From a bacterium (GTDB lineage: Bacteria > Auribacterota > UBA3054), in contig JAFYHD010000067.1 of the NCBI GenBank assembly GCA_017539325.1, positions 821-64,820 on the forward strand: a stretch of DNA of 64,000 nt, written 5' to 3'. The position numbers and the translations under genes are program-made. Within the stretch, counting starts at the first letter, position 1, and the number at the start of each line of letters is the position of its first letter. Below are positions 19,449 to 29,225 of the stretch, in pieces. The notes beneath the pieces were generated by a model. It had not been told where the DNA came from. It did not search any database and was given only the letters and a program-made list of their open reading frames with translations.

Positions 19449-20114
19449 ATGCGTAAAATAACTCTTTTATCTTTGCTTTCCGTTTCTGCTTTCCTCCTGT
19501 TTGGTTGCGCGACCAGCGAGGTGACTTACCCTCAGCCGCTGGCTCTGAACAACGGCGCCTTCGAAGGCAAGACCATGTGCATCATGGCCTACGGCGAACC
19601 GACCGACAACTATGATCAGCTTTACGAGACCTACCACCGCTGGTGGCTCCCGCGCTTCATCTACGGCAGCGGCGAAGTGACCGTGCTCGATCATCCTTAC
19701 GTCAACGACGACGGCCAGGTCTTCCAGGACAACACCAACGAGGCTTTCGCCGAAGCCATTTTCAACCGCCTGAGAGGATACTCCATCTTCAAGCGCGTTG
19801 TCGCTGTCAAAGACAGGGCTGAAGCCGACGAGTTCAACTACGACTACCTTCTGGTCTTCCATATCAACGAGTGCTACGCCAAAGGACTTGGCGCCAACGC
19901 GAACTTCGTGGAATGGTGCACCATCGAGGGCAACGTGAACGTCTCCGTCTTCGTCTACGACCTGAAGGCCAACCAGAGGATCAGCGAGCAGAACATCCAG
20001 TCCACCGCCACCTCGACCTACGCCTGGGCGACTCCCGACGTCAGTGAATATCTGAGAAGAAAGCTTCTGAAGGGCACGACCTTCCACAACGCGGTCTCAC
20101 AGATAACCTTCTAA
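19449..20114 (+). CDS. hypothetical lipoprotein
   Basis: Signal peptide with lipobox LFGC; 221 aa; no recognisable catalytic motifs. Confidence 0.5.
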   Translation: MRKITLLSLLSVSAFLLFGCATSEVTYPQPLALNNGAFEGKTMCIMAYGEPTDNYDQLYETYHRWWLPRFIYGSGEVTVLDHPYVNDDGQVFQDNTNEAFAEAIFNRLRGYSIFKRVVAVKDRAEADEFNYDYLLVFHINECYAKGLGANANFVEWCTIEGNVNVSVFVYDLKANQRISEQNIQSTATSTYAWATPDVSEYLRRKLLKGTTFHNAVSQITF

Positions 20115-20123
20115 AAATAAGAA

Positions 20124-20150
20124 AAGCCCCTGCAAAAGGGGCTTTTTTCT
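20124..20150 (+). terminator. rho-independent terminator
   Basis: GCCCCT-GCAAA-AGGGGC stem-loop followed by TTTTTT, directly downstream of the 19449..20114 stop. Confidence 0.6.
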
Positions 20151-21227
20151 ATGCGCGTCGTCCACGTCGGAAAATACTACTGGCCCTATGAGAGGGGCAT
20201 CGAAACTTATCTCAAAACTCTCGCGGAAGGGTTGTCCCCTCTTTGCGACCTTACCGTCCTGGTCAGCAACGACAAAAGCGAGACGGTTGAGGAAGAGATT
20301 TGCGGCGTGCACGTCATAAGGCTTGCCAGGAGCTTTCATCTCAACAGCACGGATTTCCTTTTCGGGCTTCCGAAAAAACTGAAAGAGCTGAAACCAGACA
20401 TAATCCACATTCATCTCCCCAACCCCTGGGCTGAAACAAGTTGGAAAATGGCCGGAAGGCCGGGGCGGCTCTTCATCTCCTACCATTCCGACATCATCAG
20501 GCAGAAATATCTTCTGAAACTTTACGCGCCTTTCCATCGCGCCACCCTTGAGAGCGCCGAAAAGATAATCGTCGCCACTCCCAACCATATCAAGTATTCC
20601 CCCTTCCTTTCCAAGCTACCGGAAGAAAAACTGGAGGTCATACACTATGGCCTTCCTCCCATTGATTTCCCAGCTTCTCAAAAGCAGGATCGGCCCTTCA
20701 TTCTCTCGGTCGGGCAGCTTGTTTATTACAAGGGCTTTGACGTCCTTATAAAGGCCGTTGCCGACGTCCCGGGGCTCGACCTTGTGATCGTAGGCTGCGG
20801 TCCGCTGGAAAAAAAGCTGAGGAAGCTTGCGGAAGATTTGGGTATAGGCGAACGTGTGAAATTTCCCGGCCACGTTTCCCAAAGCGAGCTTCTTCAATAT
20901 TACGCGGACTGCGAATTCTTCGTCCTGCCCTCAACTTTCCGAAGCGAGGCCTTCGGGATCGTGCAGTTGGAAGCCTTCCAGGCCGGCAAGGCCGTGATCA
21001 GCGCCGATCTGCCCTCCGGAGTCCCCTACGTCAATCAGAACGGCAAAACAGGGATAGTTGTACCCCCTGGAGACGTCAGGGCCTTAAATGAGGCTGTGAA
21101 GGCCCTCCACGGCGATCCTGAGGAGAGGCTGCGGCTCGGAAACGCGGCCAGGGAAAGGGCCATTTCCGACTTCTCCGCAAAAGAGATGGTTGATCGGACT
21201 TTCGCTCTCTATTTGCCCAAAGCCTGA
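20151..21227 (+). CDS. glycosyltransferase family 1 (GT4-type)
   Basis: C-terminal GT1 fold signature ...PSTFRSEAFGIVQLEAFQAGKAVISADLPSGVPYV... Confidence 0.85.
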   Translation: MRVVHVGKYYWPYERGIETYLKTLAEGLSPLCDLTVLVSNDKSETVEEEICGVHVIRLARSFHLNSTDFLFGLPKKLKELKPDIIHIHLPNPWAETSWKMAGRPGRLFISYHSDIIRQKYLLKLYAPFHRATLESAEKIIVATPNHIKYSPFLSKLPEEKLEVIHYGLPPIDFPASQKQDRPFILSVGQLVYYKGFDVLIKAVADVPGLDLVIVGCGPLEKKLRKLAEDLGIGERVKFPGHVSQSELLQYYADCEFFVLPSTFRSEAFGIVQLEAFQAGKAVISADLPSGVPYVNQNGKTGIVVPPGDVRALNEAVKALHGDPEERLRLGNAARERAISDFSAKEMVDRTFALYLPKA

Positions 21228-22744
21228 TCTATTTCTTTCAGGGCCTCGTCGACGAGGCGTTTCACTTCGGGCAGTTTGCTCTTCAGCTTTTTCGCGGCCA
21301 AAAGTTCTTCCTTCGCTCCTTTAAGGTCGCCCATCCCGGCCAGACAGCAGGCCAGATTGTAGTGGGCTTCAACGGTCTTCGGGCGAAGCTCGATGGCTTT
21401 CTTGAGATACGGCAGAGCCTCAAGGTAGCGCTCCTTCCCCATAAGAGCCTGGCCGACATTGGCGTTCACCCTGAAGTTTTCCGGCGAATAACGCAGATTG
21501 TCCCGCCAGATCAGCTCCGCGTCGCTCCAGTAGAAGTTGCGTCTGAAGGATGAGAAAACGAAGAGCAGAATGATGATTATCAGAACCGCCGCGTTGGAAA
21601 CGTTCTTTTTCGAAAATATCGTAAAGACGACGGCGATCAATATCCCTGGGAGCGCGCAGTAAAGGCGGTGCTCGTAGAGGCCGTTGGGAATGAGCGTAGC
21701 CGCCGGCGCCAATGAAAGCGCGAAAAAACCCAGCCCGAACGCGAGGTACGGCCACCTTTTCCGGTTGATCCAGGCGAAGACCGCCAAAACCAGCCAGAAC
21801 AATATCGCCGAGATCACCCATGGAGAGGCGAAGCCTTCCAAAGGCACGTCGTACTCCAGCCTCAGCCCGAAGGGCCAGAAGCACAGTCTCAGATACACGG
21901 CCCAGACTTTGAACTGCGTGGCGAAATAAGCCCAAATATCGGGCGTATCGGCGTAAAGTCTTCTCAGCGGTGAAAAGTCGAAGCTTAGCCCCTTCCAAAC
22001 TCCCGCAAAGCGCAGAACAATCAGGCAAAGAACGGCGAAGACAGCCGCCGCCAGCGCAAGGTATTTCTTGTTTTTAGCGAGGAACGTCTTCAGGTCGGCG
22101 GAAGCGAAGACGAAATATCCCAGGAGCGCGATAAGCGGAGCCACCGCCATGTTCTCCTTGCAGAAGAGGCCGGCTATGAGGACCAGGACCGCCGGTATAT
22201 AAAAGAGCTTGTTTTTCAATGCCAGCAGAAGGAAGATCAGATGCGCTATCATGAAGGTGAAGCACAGCAGTTCCAGCCGCTGGACGATATAGGTCACCGC
22301 CTGCGTCTGCACGGGATGGACTAAAAAGAGCGCGGCGCACATGAAGGCCGGAAACCGCTTCTCCTCATTTTCCCCAGCCGCTTCCTGCAAAATCAGAAGA
22401 AACCAGTAGAAGAGGAAACCGTTCAGGATATGGATAAAGAGATTGACAAGGTGGTACCAGAAAATATCGAGCGCGCAGAATTGATAATTGGCCCAAAAGG
22501 TCAGGAAAGCCAGGAAACGCCCGGGCGAAAAGCGCCAGAGCTTTAGAAGCGACCCGCTTCTCAAAGCCTCGTTTTCGACGATGCACCTGAAATCGTCGAA
22601 CTGCCAAGTCCCCTTGAAAGAGGAAACGTAAGCCGCGAGGGCCACAAGCGAAAGCAGGAGAAGATCAAAAAGCCAGCGTTTACTTTTCACCGTCAGGCTT
22701 CTCCCCCAGTTCGTAAACGGCAAGGCCGTCAATGTCGCTGACAA
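21209..22744 (-). CDS. multi-pass membrane protein with C-terminal TPR repeats (TMTC/PMT-like); paralog of 2396..4213
   Basis: N-terminal YVSSFKGTWQFDDFRCIVENEAL motif matches the YYPSxDSSYHLDDFETIVEN motif of the paralog; C-terminal TPR (AHYNLACCLAGMGDLKGAKEELLAAKKL). Confidence 0.6.
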   Translation of the reverse strand: MSATLTALPFTNWGRSLTVKSKRWLFDLLLLSLVALAAYVSSFKGTWQFDDFRCIVENEALRSGSLLKLWRFSPGRFLAFLTFWANYQFCALDIFWYHLVNLFIHILNGFLFYWFLLILQEAAGENEEKRFPAFMCAALFLVHPVQTQAVTYIVQRLELLCFTFMIAHLIFLLLALKNKLFYIPAVLVLIAGLFCKENMAVAPLIALLGYFVFASADLKTFLAKNKKYLALAAAVFAVLCLIVLRFAGVWKGLSFDFSPLRRLYADTPDIWAYFATQFKVWAVYLRLCFWPFGLRLEYDVPLEGFASPWVISAILFWLVLAVFAWINRKRWPYLAFGLGFFALSLAPAATLIPNGLYEHRLYCALPGILIAVVFTIFSKKNVSNAAVLIIIILLFVFSSFRRNFYWSDAELIWRDNLRYSPENFRVNANVGQALMGKERYLEALPYLKKAIELRPKTVEAHYNLACCLAGMGDLKGAKEELLAAKKLKSKLPEVKRLVDEALKEIDQALGK

Positions 22745-24125
22745 GATGGAAGGGCACGCCCTGTTCTTCGAGATAGTTTTTCACGACGGGAGAAACGAAG
22801 AAGTTCCTTTTGCCGGGAACGATCTCATCCCTGACCTCTACGTTTTTGGAGATGAGTTTCGGAAGCGCGGCCAGATGATAGCGGTAATACTCCCCGTCGG
22901 TGTAAACGTCACTGGTCACCAACACGCTGCCGTAAGGGATCGTTCCGATGACCTGGGCAAGCTTCGCCGCCTCAAAAGAGCTTCTCCTTGCTGGAACGCG
23001 GTCGAAACTGTGCAAGGCCATGACAAGGATTCCGATAAAAAGCAGAGGGCATAGCAGCATCCGCATTTCCTTCGCACTGGAGATGTAGATGAAAGAACAG
23101 GCCAAAAAGACCGCGAGATAAGCGTTGATCAGCCAGAACCACTGCGCGATATAAAAGTGAAAGCTCGGAACGCAAAAGAGCAAAGTCGCGAGAAAAGCGG
23201 CAACGGCCGTCGTGTTTTCGAGCGTGGCAAACGTTTTTGCTTTTCTGAAAAAAAGGCCCAGAAGAAGAATGGGAATGACGAAAAGGCTTAGCGCGGAGAA
23301 TTGGAAAAAAGAGCGGGAGCAATCAACAAAGGCTGCACCGTAACCGGAGAGCGGCCGCACGAAGTAATTGCTCCAGAACTGCCCGTTCAATACGGCGCAG
23401 AAAAGGCTTTTCCAAAGATCCTCACGTCTTAGATATTCGCAGCTCTCCCCTTTCCCGAAGACAAAAGCGGCGTAGAGATAAGGAAGCATCCCGACGATAA
23501 GCGCCAGAAGAACCCCGGCGGCGAAAGCCTTTCCCTTTCCGGTTTTGAAAAGCAAAATAGATGCGAACGGCAAAATGATCGCGAAAAACCAGAGCGCCAG
23601 AGGATCGTGAAAAGCCAAAAGGCCGCAGGGAATAAACTTCAAATAAAGCGGGATCGACTCATTGACCAAGACGGCGTAAGCGAAAAAGAAAAGGCAAATG
23701 GACAGGGAAACTGGCGTCACTTCCGTCGCGGCCGTAACGATGAAAGGCAGGAAGCTCACCGCCAAGACCGCGAAGAAAGTGAAGAACCGATCCTTGAAAC
23801 GGCGGCTCAGCGCGTCCCAAAGGAAAACGCAGCCAAAAGAGACAAGGATGGCGGAAAGCAGTGAGAGATTCGCCCCCGGTTCGTAGAGGAATTTCAGATG
23901 CGAAAAAACGCGCAGCATCAGCGTGTAGAGAGGGAAAAGCGGCGTGTGAGGCAAACCGCCCTCGATAGCTATGCGCACGAACTTCGCGGAATCCGCGGAG
24001 GCAAGCGCTCCGCCCGGTCCGTATTGCAGACGGAAGACGAACTGGCAGAGGATGAGGAAAAAAAGCGCTGCGCCCGCGCAGAGCGGGCGCAGAACTTGAA
24101 GACGATCTGAAAACTTAGTAGACAA
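22680..24125 (-). CDS. polytopic membrane protein, GT-C-like (ArnT/PMT-type glycosyltransferase-like), hypothetical
   Basis: 481 aa with ~11 TM helices and a C-terminal soluble domain; overlaps the next gene by 65 nt, so the downstream start is uncertain. Confidence 0.4.
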   Translation of the reverse strand: MSTKFSDRLQVLRPLCAGAALFFLILCQFVFRLQYGPGGALASADSAKFVRIAIEGGLPHTPLFPLYTLMLRVFSHLKFLYEPGANLSLLSAILVSFGCVFLWDALSRRFKDRFFTFFAVLAVSFLPFIVTAATEVTPVSLSICLFFFAYAVLVNESIPLYLKFIPCGLLAFHDPLALWFFAIILPFASILLFKTGKGKAFAAGVLLALIVGMLPYLYAAFVFGKGESCEYLRREDLWKSLFCAVLNGQFWSNYFVRPLSGYGAAFVDCSRSFFQFSALSLFVIPILLLGLFFRKAKTFATLENTTAVAAFLATLLFCVPSFHFYIAQWFWLINAYLAVFLACSFIYISSAKEMRMLLCPLLFIGILVMALHSFDRVPARRSSFEAAKLAQVIGTIPYGSVLVTSDVYTDGEYYRYHLAALPKLISKNVEVRDEIVPGKRNFFVSPVVKNYLEEQGVPFHLVSDIDGLAVYELGEKPDGEK

Positions 24126-24510
24126 ACTCGGTCTCTATTTCGATGGAGGGATTAAGGCTGTTCTTCACCGGGCAGGCTTTGGCCGCGCCCTCCAGCCTTT
24201 TCTTCATGGAGTCTTCCAGAGCGATCTTGGGGAAAATGACTTTCACCTTGAAAGTCTTGACGGAGGCCGGAGACTGCTGCATCTCTTTGTCCACTTCCAC
24301 CGAAAGTCCGGTCATGTCGATCTTCTGCTGGGCGGCCACGAAGCCGATCATGCTGGCCGTGCAGGTCGCCAGGGCGGCGGAAAGAACGTCGGTCGGAGAG
24401 AAGACGCCCGGGGTCCCCTTGGCGTCGGTCTCAATGGAAGTCTGGGCGCCCGCCAAAGTGGCGGTGCACTTAAGGTCGCCATTGTAAGCGGCAATTGCGG
24501 AAAGAGCCAT
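24115..24510 (-). CDS. OsmC/Ohr-family peroxiredoxin-like protein
   Basis: 131 aa; OsmC-like pattern with Cys pairs (LKCTATLAG...LATCTASM...AAKACPV). Confidence 0.8.
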   Translation of the reverse strand: MALSAIAAYNGDLKCTATLAGAQTSIETDAKGTPGVFSPTDVLSAALATCTASMIGFVAAQQKIDMTGLSVEVDKEMQQSPASVKTFKVKVIFPKIALEDSMKKRLEGAAKACPVKNSLNPSIEIETEFVY

Positions 24511-24526
24511 AAATGATCCTCAATAA

Positions 24527-27500
24527 TTAACGGTTACGGCGCATGAACGCTATGAGCGCCAGAATAATGAGCGACAGGGAAGCCGGTTCCGGCGTCAGGA
24601 CGAAATCCTTATAGAAGCTTCCTTCCGTCGTGACAGTATAGTTCTGATTGTCGTAATTGACCGGCCTGACCCTCAGGACGGCCGTCTGATCGAGACCCAA
24701 ATAGATGTCGAAGAAAGGCAGACCGCTCATATTGTGGCGCTGAACGATGTTCTGCGTCTTGGCGTTGACAACCTGGATCTGGGCGTTGGTGACTATTTCG
24801 CAGCCGGTGCCGTACAAGAAGCCGGAAACGTAGGGGCTGTAGCCCGTCGTTCTGACAGGAATGGTGGGCGTTCCGGTGGAGGAGGTCACGTTGGTCACAT
24901 ACTGCGCCCTGTCGCCGTACCTTACGGTCATGATGTAATCGCCGTAAGGCAGAGTGAAGGCCGTGGTGCGGCCGGTCGAAGTGACCAGCGACTTAAAGTT
25001 GGCGATCTGCGCCTCGGCGTCCACCAGGGGGAAATTGGAGTTGTCGTCCGTCACGCTGGCGTAGACGAAGCCGTGCTTTTCGGTGAATTCCGTATCGAAG
25101 ACCACGCACTTGGCGGAATTGGTCAGCGCCACTTCCGCTATCCTTCCCTCGTACTCGTCGTGGGAGAAGGAAAGATAGACTTTGCCCGCAGGCACGGCGT
25201 CGAAGACGAAAGTGCCGTCCGCTTTGTTGGAGACCGCGAAGGCGAATCCGTCGCCCACGGCTCTCACAAGCGCGCCGCCAAGGTATCCGCTGCCGAAATA
25301 TGTGTTGGTGCATGCCACGCCCGAAATAACATAGTTCTCGGGGGGGACCGGGTCGCTCTTCAGAACCGTCAGTTTCAGGATCTTGGGAGCGCTCACGCAT
25401 TCGTCGTTAGCGGCGTAGACCGCGATATAGTAAACGCCCGGCACCGTCGTGGAGCAGATGATTTCGCTGCCTTCCGAGGCGCTCATGATATTCCCGTCGG
25501 GATTGTAGGGATCCTGACGCCACAGGGCTCGCTTGCCCAGGAGGAAGCTGGTCTTGATGGTGACTGGCTTGCCGGAATAGCAGGTGTAATCCTGGGTGTT
25601 GTCGGGGAAGGCGGCGCTGACGGAGAGCGGCTGGTTGCCGTCGTAATACAAAGCCGTGCTGTTCATGTTACCGTTTCCATCCTTGACCTGGCACTGGACG
25701 TAATAGGACCTGTCTTTCTCAAAAGTGTGCTCGATCGGACCGAGATCCTGCCAGATCGTCCAGCCGGCGCCGTTGTCCCAGTTGTAGCGGACTTGCAGCC
25801 CTTCCCTGTCTTCCGGCACCACAATAGGTTCATACGTCACGGTAGTTCCGAGGGAGGCCGTCTCCACAAGATAAACGTTGGGATTGTTGTCGATTATAGT
25901 CAGCGTCGTGTTGGTGGTGGCCAGGATGGCGCCCGTGCCTTTTTCCAAACTGAGCGTCAGCGTATGCTCGCCGACGCCGTAATTGGCCGTGATAAGCTCC
26001 ATGAAGCTGGAGTTGGCCGCGCTCACGGGTTCGCCGTCGACGAGCCACTTGTAGCGGTAGCCGCCCATGGTGCCGGTGCCGTCCAACATCACTTTAGAGT
26101 CGCGGTACGCCACGTAGGGGCCGTTGGGATCAATGGCATAGTCGGTGATAGCCGGAGTGCTGACAACGACATCGTATTCCGTTTCGTTGATCACGACTTT
26201 GACGTTGAAGGTCTTGGCCATTCCCCCGGTCTTCAGAGGATCGATCCAGACGGCCACCGGGACTGACCCGGAAGCGGTGGGATATAACGTCCCTCTGCTA
26301 GGCGAGAATTTAAGGGAATCGAAAGAATTCCTGATGACGTAATCGCAGGGCACGGATCCTACGTTGCTGAGAAGCAAAACTCCGCTGCGGCCGTTTTCCA
26401 GACTCAGCGTGGCCGGCACCACGGGACGCGCTTCGGAATCGTCGATCACGTAAGGCATCGTGGTTTCCGTCCAGGCGCCGTAATTGTCTTTGACCTGACA
26501 CTTGACGGTATACGATCCGCTTGTCTCATAGGTGTGCCTGGCGAAGTAATAGTTCGTCCAGTCGGAATAGCCGCTGCCGTCGCCGAAGTCCCAGCGGATG
26601 TCTAAGGAGTCGTGGATGCCGGGGTCTTTGGGATCGGCGGTGAAGATCTGAGGCACGTCGACCATTCTCGTTTCCGCTTCGCTCCAGATGGCGACGTGCG
26701 GGTACGCGTTGGTCACGTGCAGCACCGTATAGTTGGTGCAGATGCAGGTCCTGAACTGGCGGTCCGTCACTCTCACCTCAACGTCATAATCGCCGGGCCA
26801 GTAGATCTGGTCTTCCTTGTAGTCGTAGTAATAGAAGTTTGTGCTGAAAAGCGTCATGTCGCTGCCCACGAGCCAGCGCACGGCCGGGAAATAGCCCTTA
26901 GAGCCTTCCGCGGACAGATGCGCCGCCTGGCCCTGGCCGATCGTGTATTCGCCGTTGCATTCCGCGCTGACGTCGGGGATGCCCCTGACGCCCTTGCGGG
27001 GTTCCGGAGTCGGGAAATCGCCGGTCAGCCAGTAGAAGTAAGTCTGGCCGGGAGTGGCGTCCGCGTCGTCGTAAGCCTGGAAGGTGTTGTCCCCTTCACG
27101 GACCTTCTCGGCTGTCGCAAAGTCTTCAACGGTATTGCGCCAAAGAGTGACGTCCCCTTTCGTGGTGTTGCGCCAGCGCAGCCTGATCTTGTCGTCTCCG
27201 TTCATGCAGATGAAGCTGTAAGGCACGGCCCTGTTCTTGATCGAGTCGAAGGTGTAGCCCAGGCAGAATTCGTCGAAGGTCATCTTGAAGCCGGAAGGCG
27301 CGTAGAGATACAAGCTGGAGAAACTGGAACCCCAGTAAGAGTAGCCGTATTTGTGGAAAGCGCAGTCGCTCGTTTTGGGTTCCTCGCTCATATCCGGGTT
27401 GATCCACAGATAAACGTCCGTATAGGCGTATCCCGCCTCGTTGGTCGTTATCGTGCAGCGGGCCAGATAATGGGCCGGCGTTCCGAAGTTATGCTTGATG

Positions 27501-29182
27501 CCCGTGCCGAAATCGAACACGTTGATCGTGCCGTCCTTGTAGAAAGTGAAGGCTTCGTACGAGCCGCCGAGCCTGAAACCGCCGTAGCCGTAAGAGCCGC
27601 CCTCTTCGTCCATGTCGGCCCAGACCGAGAGCCAGATGTCGTTTCCCGCGAGCGTGTCAAGGGAGGCGGGAGAATATTTCATCCAGTTGATGAAGCGCCT
27701 GGTGGTGGCCGTTTCGGAAGATTCGTTGCAGATCCTCAAGCTTCCGCCCTCATGCATGGCGGAATCGTCGCCGAGATCCATTTCCTGGATGAAGAAAATG
27801 TTGGAAAGGCAGGAATACCAAGGGCTCGCGAAACCGCAGCCGGCTTCCTTGAACATCAAGCCGCTGCCTATTGGGTAATTGAAGCTCTCATGCAGGATCA
27901 TGTCCCCCGCCGCGTGGTAAGGCACGGAGCGGTAGCGCGAAGCGTAGCGGCGCGTCTTCTCCCAGGTCAGGGCCACCTGGCACTTCAGGTTCGTGGAGAT
28001 GGGCACTCCGTCGTAGAAAATATTAGTGGAGCTGAAATAGTTGAAGATGCCGTTGGATCTGGCCAACACCGAGCCGTATTCCATAGGCGCGCCCGGAGGC
28101 GTGTTGTGGCAGCCGTGGCTGTGCTTGAAAAGTCCGCCGCTGCTCGTGCCGGTCTCATCGTAGTGCTGGCCGCCCATGTTGTGGCCGTCCTCGTGGATCC
28201 AGCCGGTGGTGTTGACGAAGTTCACGTCCATGCAGTTGTTGGCGGAGCTTTCGCTGCCGGCCACTCCGCCCGACACGTAGGCAAGACCTGTGTAGGTTGG
28301 CATCAGAACCGCGATCGAGCACATGTCGGCGCCGTAGCGGGCTCTCAGCTGCTCGATCTGCTCAAGCCCGTTCCTGGAGTTGCACAGGCTGCTGAGCGCG
28401 AGGCTGGAATTGCAGATCTCGCCCACCGGGTTGGGATAATCGACGAGCTGGGAATGCGCGAGGTTGAAGCAGGACCTGACGTGGCTGTTGCTAAGAATGA
28501 GCGTTCCCAAAACGATGCCCTGGGCCATGACGTTGTTGATGCCGCCCCTGTCCATCGCCTCGGCCACCGCTTCCTTGGTGTAGACGATCATGTAGTGCTG
28601 GGTGACGTACTCGTCGCACTGCCAGTCGTTGGTGTAATACTGCTCGGCCTCGATCTTGTCCATGACCTGCCTCACGCCGTCTCTTGCGATAACGTCGTCA
28701 ATGGGTCCGTCGCAGCCGCCGCACGTGAAGTTCTTGGTGTTCGGTTCGAGGGCCGTCAGCGTCTTGGTCTTGTCGTTGTACAGGATCGCATATTCATGGT
28801 TCAGGTAAGTGTAGTCCACCTGACCAAGCATCTGGTCCTGGTCGGTGGTGAAACGCCAGATCTCGTTGTAGCCGTTGTTGCGGGGCTGGAAATAGCCCGC
28901 TCTGACTTCCACCAAATTGATATCGCGGTAAGCCACCGTGCACTTTCCGGTGAAGACGCCGTCCGGGGAATTGAAGAAAATTGTGTCCCCTACTTCCAGC
29001 GCCCTGATCTGCTCCGGCAGATCGGAAGGCTGAAGCTTGGTGATGTCCCTTTCATAGCCGCCGGTTATGGTGGGCGGTTCCTGGCAGGTCAGGTCAACGG
29101 TAAGGATCTCCTTCGGCGGCGTGCCGAAGGCCAACGCTGTGAAAATTGCAGCAAGGCCGCAAAGCAAAAGTGCTTTTTTCAT
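24527..29182 (-). CDS. giant secreted metzincin-type zinc metalloprotease with PKD and CarbopepD-reg-like domains and a C-terminal PEP-CTERM sorting signal
   Basis: 1551 aa; signal peptide; zinc site IHEDGHNMGGQHY (HExxHxxGxxH); PKD-like IRWDFGDGSGY...YTVKCQVKDNYGAW; C-terminus TPEPASLSLIILALIAFMRRNR (PEP, TM helix, basic tail). Confidence 0.8.
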   Translation of the reverse strand: MKKALLLCGLAAIFTALAFGTPPKEILTVDLTCQEPPTITGGYERDITKLQPSDLPEQIRALEVGDTIFFNSPDGVFTGKCTVAYRDINLVEVRAGYFQPRNNGYNEIWRFTTDQDQMLGQVDYTYLNHEYAILYNDKTKTLTALEPNTKNFTCGGCDGPIDDVIARDGVRQVMDKIEAEQYYTNDWQCDEYVTQHYMIVYTKEAVAEAMDRGGINNVMAQGIVLGTLILSNSHVRSCFNLAHSQLVDYPNPVGEICNSSLALSSLCNSRNGLEQIEQLRARYGADMCSIAVLMPTYTGLAYVSGGVAGSESSANNCMDVNFVNTTGWIHEDGHNMGGQHYDETGTSSGGLFKHSHGCHNTPPGAPMEYGSVLARSNGIFNYFSSTNIFYDGVPISTNLKCQVALTWEKTRRYASRYRSVPYHAAGDMILHESFNYPIGSGLMFKEAGCGFASPWYSCLSNIFFIQEMDLGDDSAMHEGGSLRICNESSETATTRRFINWMKYSPASLDTLAGNDIWLSVWADMDEEGGSYGYGGFRLGGSYEAFTFYKDGTINVFDFGTGIKHNFGTPAHYLARCTITTNEAGYAYTDVYLWINPDMSEEPKTSDCAFHKYGYSYWGSSFSSLYLYAPSGFKMTFDEFCLGYTFDSIKNRAVPYSFICMNGDDKIRLRWRNTTKGDVTLWRNTVEDFATAEKVREGDNTFQAYDDADATPGQTYFYWLTGDFPTPEPRKGVRGIPDVSAECNGEYTIGQGQAAHLSAEGSKGYFPAVRWLVGSDMTLFSTNFYYYDYKEDQIYWPGDYDVEVRVTDRQFRTCICTNYTVLHVTNAYPHVAIWSEAETRMVDVPQIFTADPKDPGIHDSLDIRWDFGDGSGYSDWTNYYFARHTYETSGSYTVKCQVKDNYGAWTETTMPYVIDDSEARPVVPATLSLENGRSGVLLLSNVGSVPCDYVIRNSFDSLKFSPSRGTLYPTASGSVPVAVWIDPLKTGGMAKTFNVKVVINETEYDVVVSTPAITDYAIDPNGPYVAYRDSKVMLDGTGTMGGYRYKWLVDGEPVSAANSSFMELITANYGVGEHTLTLSLEKGTGAILATTNTTLTIIDNNPNVYLVETASLGTTVTYEPIVVPEDREGLQVRYNWDNGAGWTIWQDLGPIEHTFEKDRSYYVQCQVKDGNGNMNSTALYYDGNQPLSVSAAFPDNTQDYTCYSGKPVTIKTSFLLGKRALWRQDPYNPDGNIMSASEGSEIICSTTVPGVYYIAVYAANDECVSAPKILKLTVLKSDPVPPENYVISGVACTNTYFGSGYLGGALVRAVGDGFAFAVSNKADGTFVFDAVPAGKVYLSFSHDEYEGRIAEVALTNSAKCVVFDTEFTEKHGFVYASVTDDNSNFPLVDAEAQIANFKSLVTSTGRTTAFTLPYGDYIMTVRYGDRAQYVTNVTSSTGTPTIPVRTTGYSPYVSGFLYGTGCEIVTNAQIQVVNAKTQNIVQRHNMSGLPFFDIYLGLDQTAVLRVRPVNYDNQNYTVTTEGSFYKDFVLTPEPASLSLIILALIAFMRRNR

Positions 29183-29225
29183 ATTTCGTATCCTTTTATT
29201 GATTGTTCTCTATCTGTTTATTCTA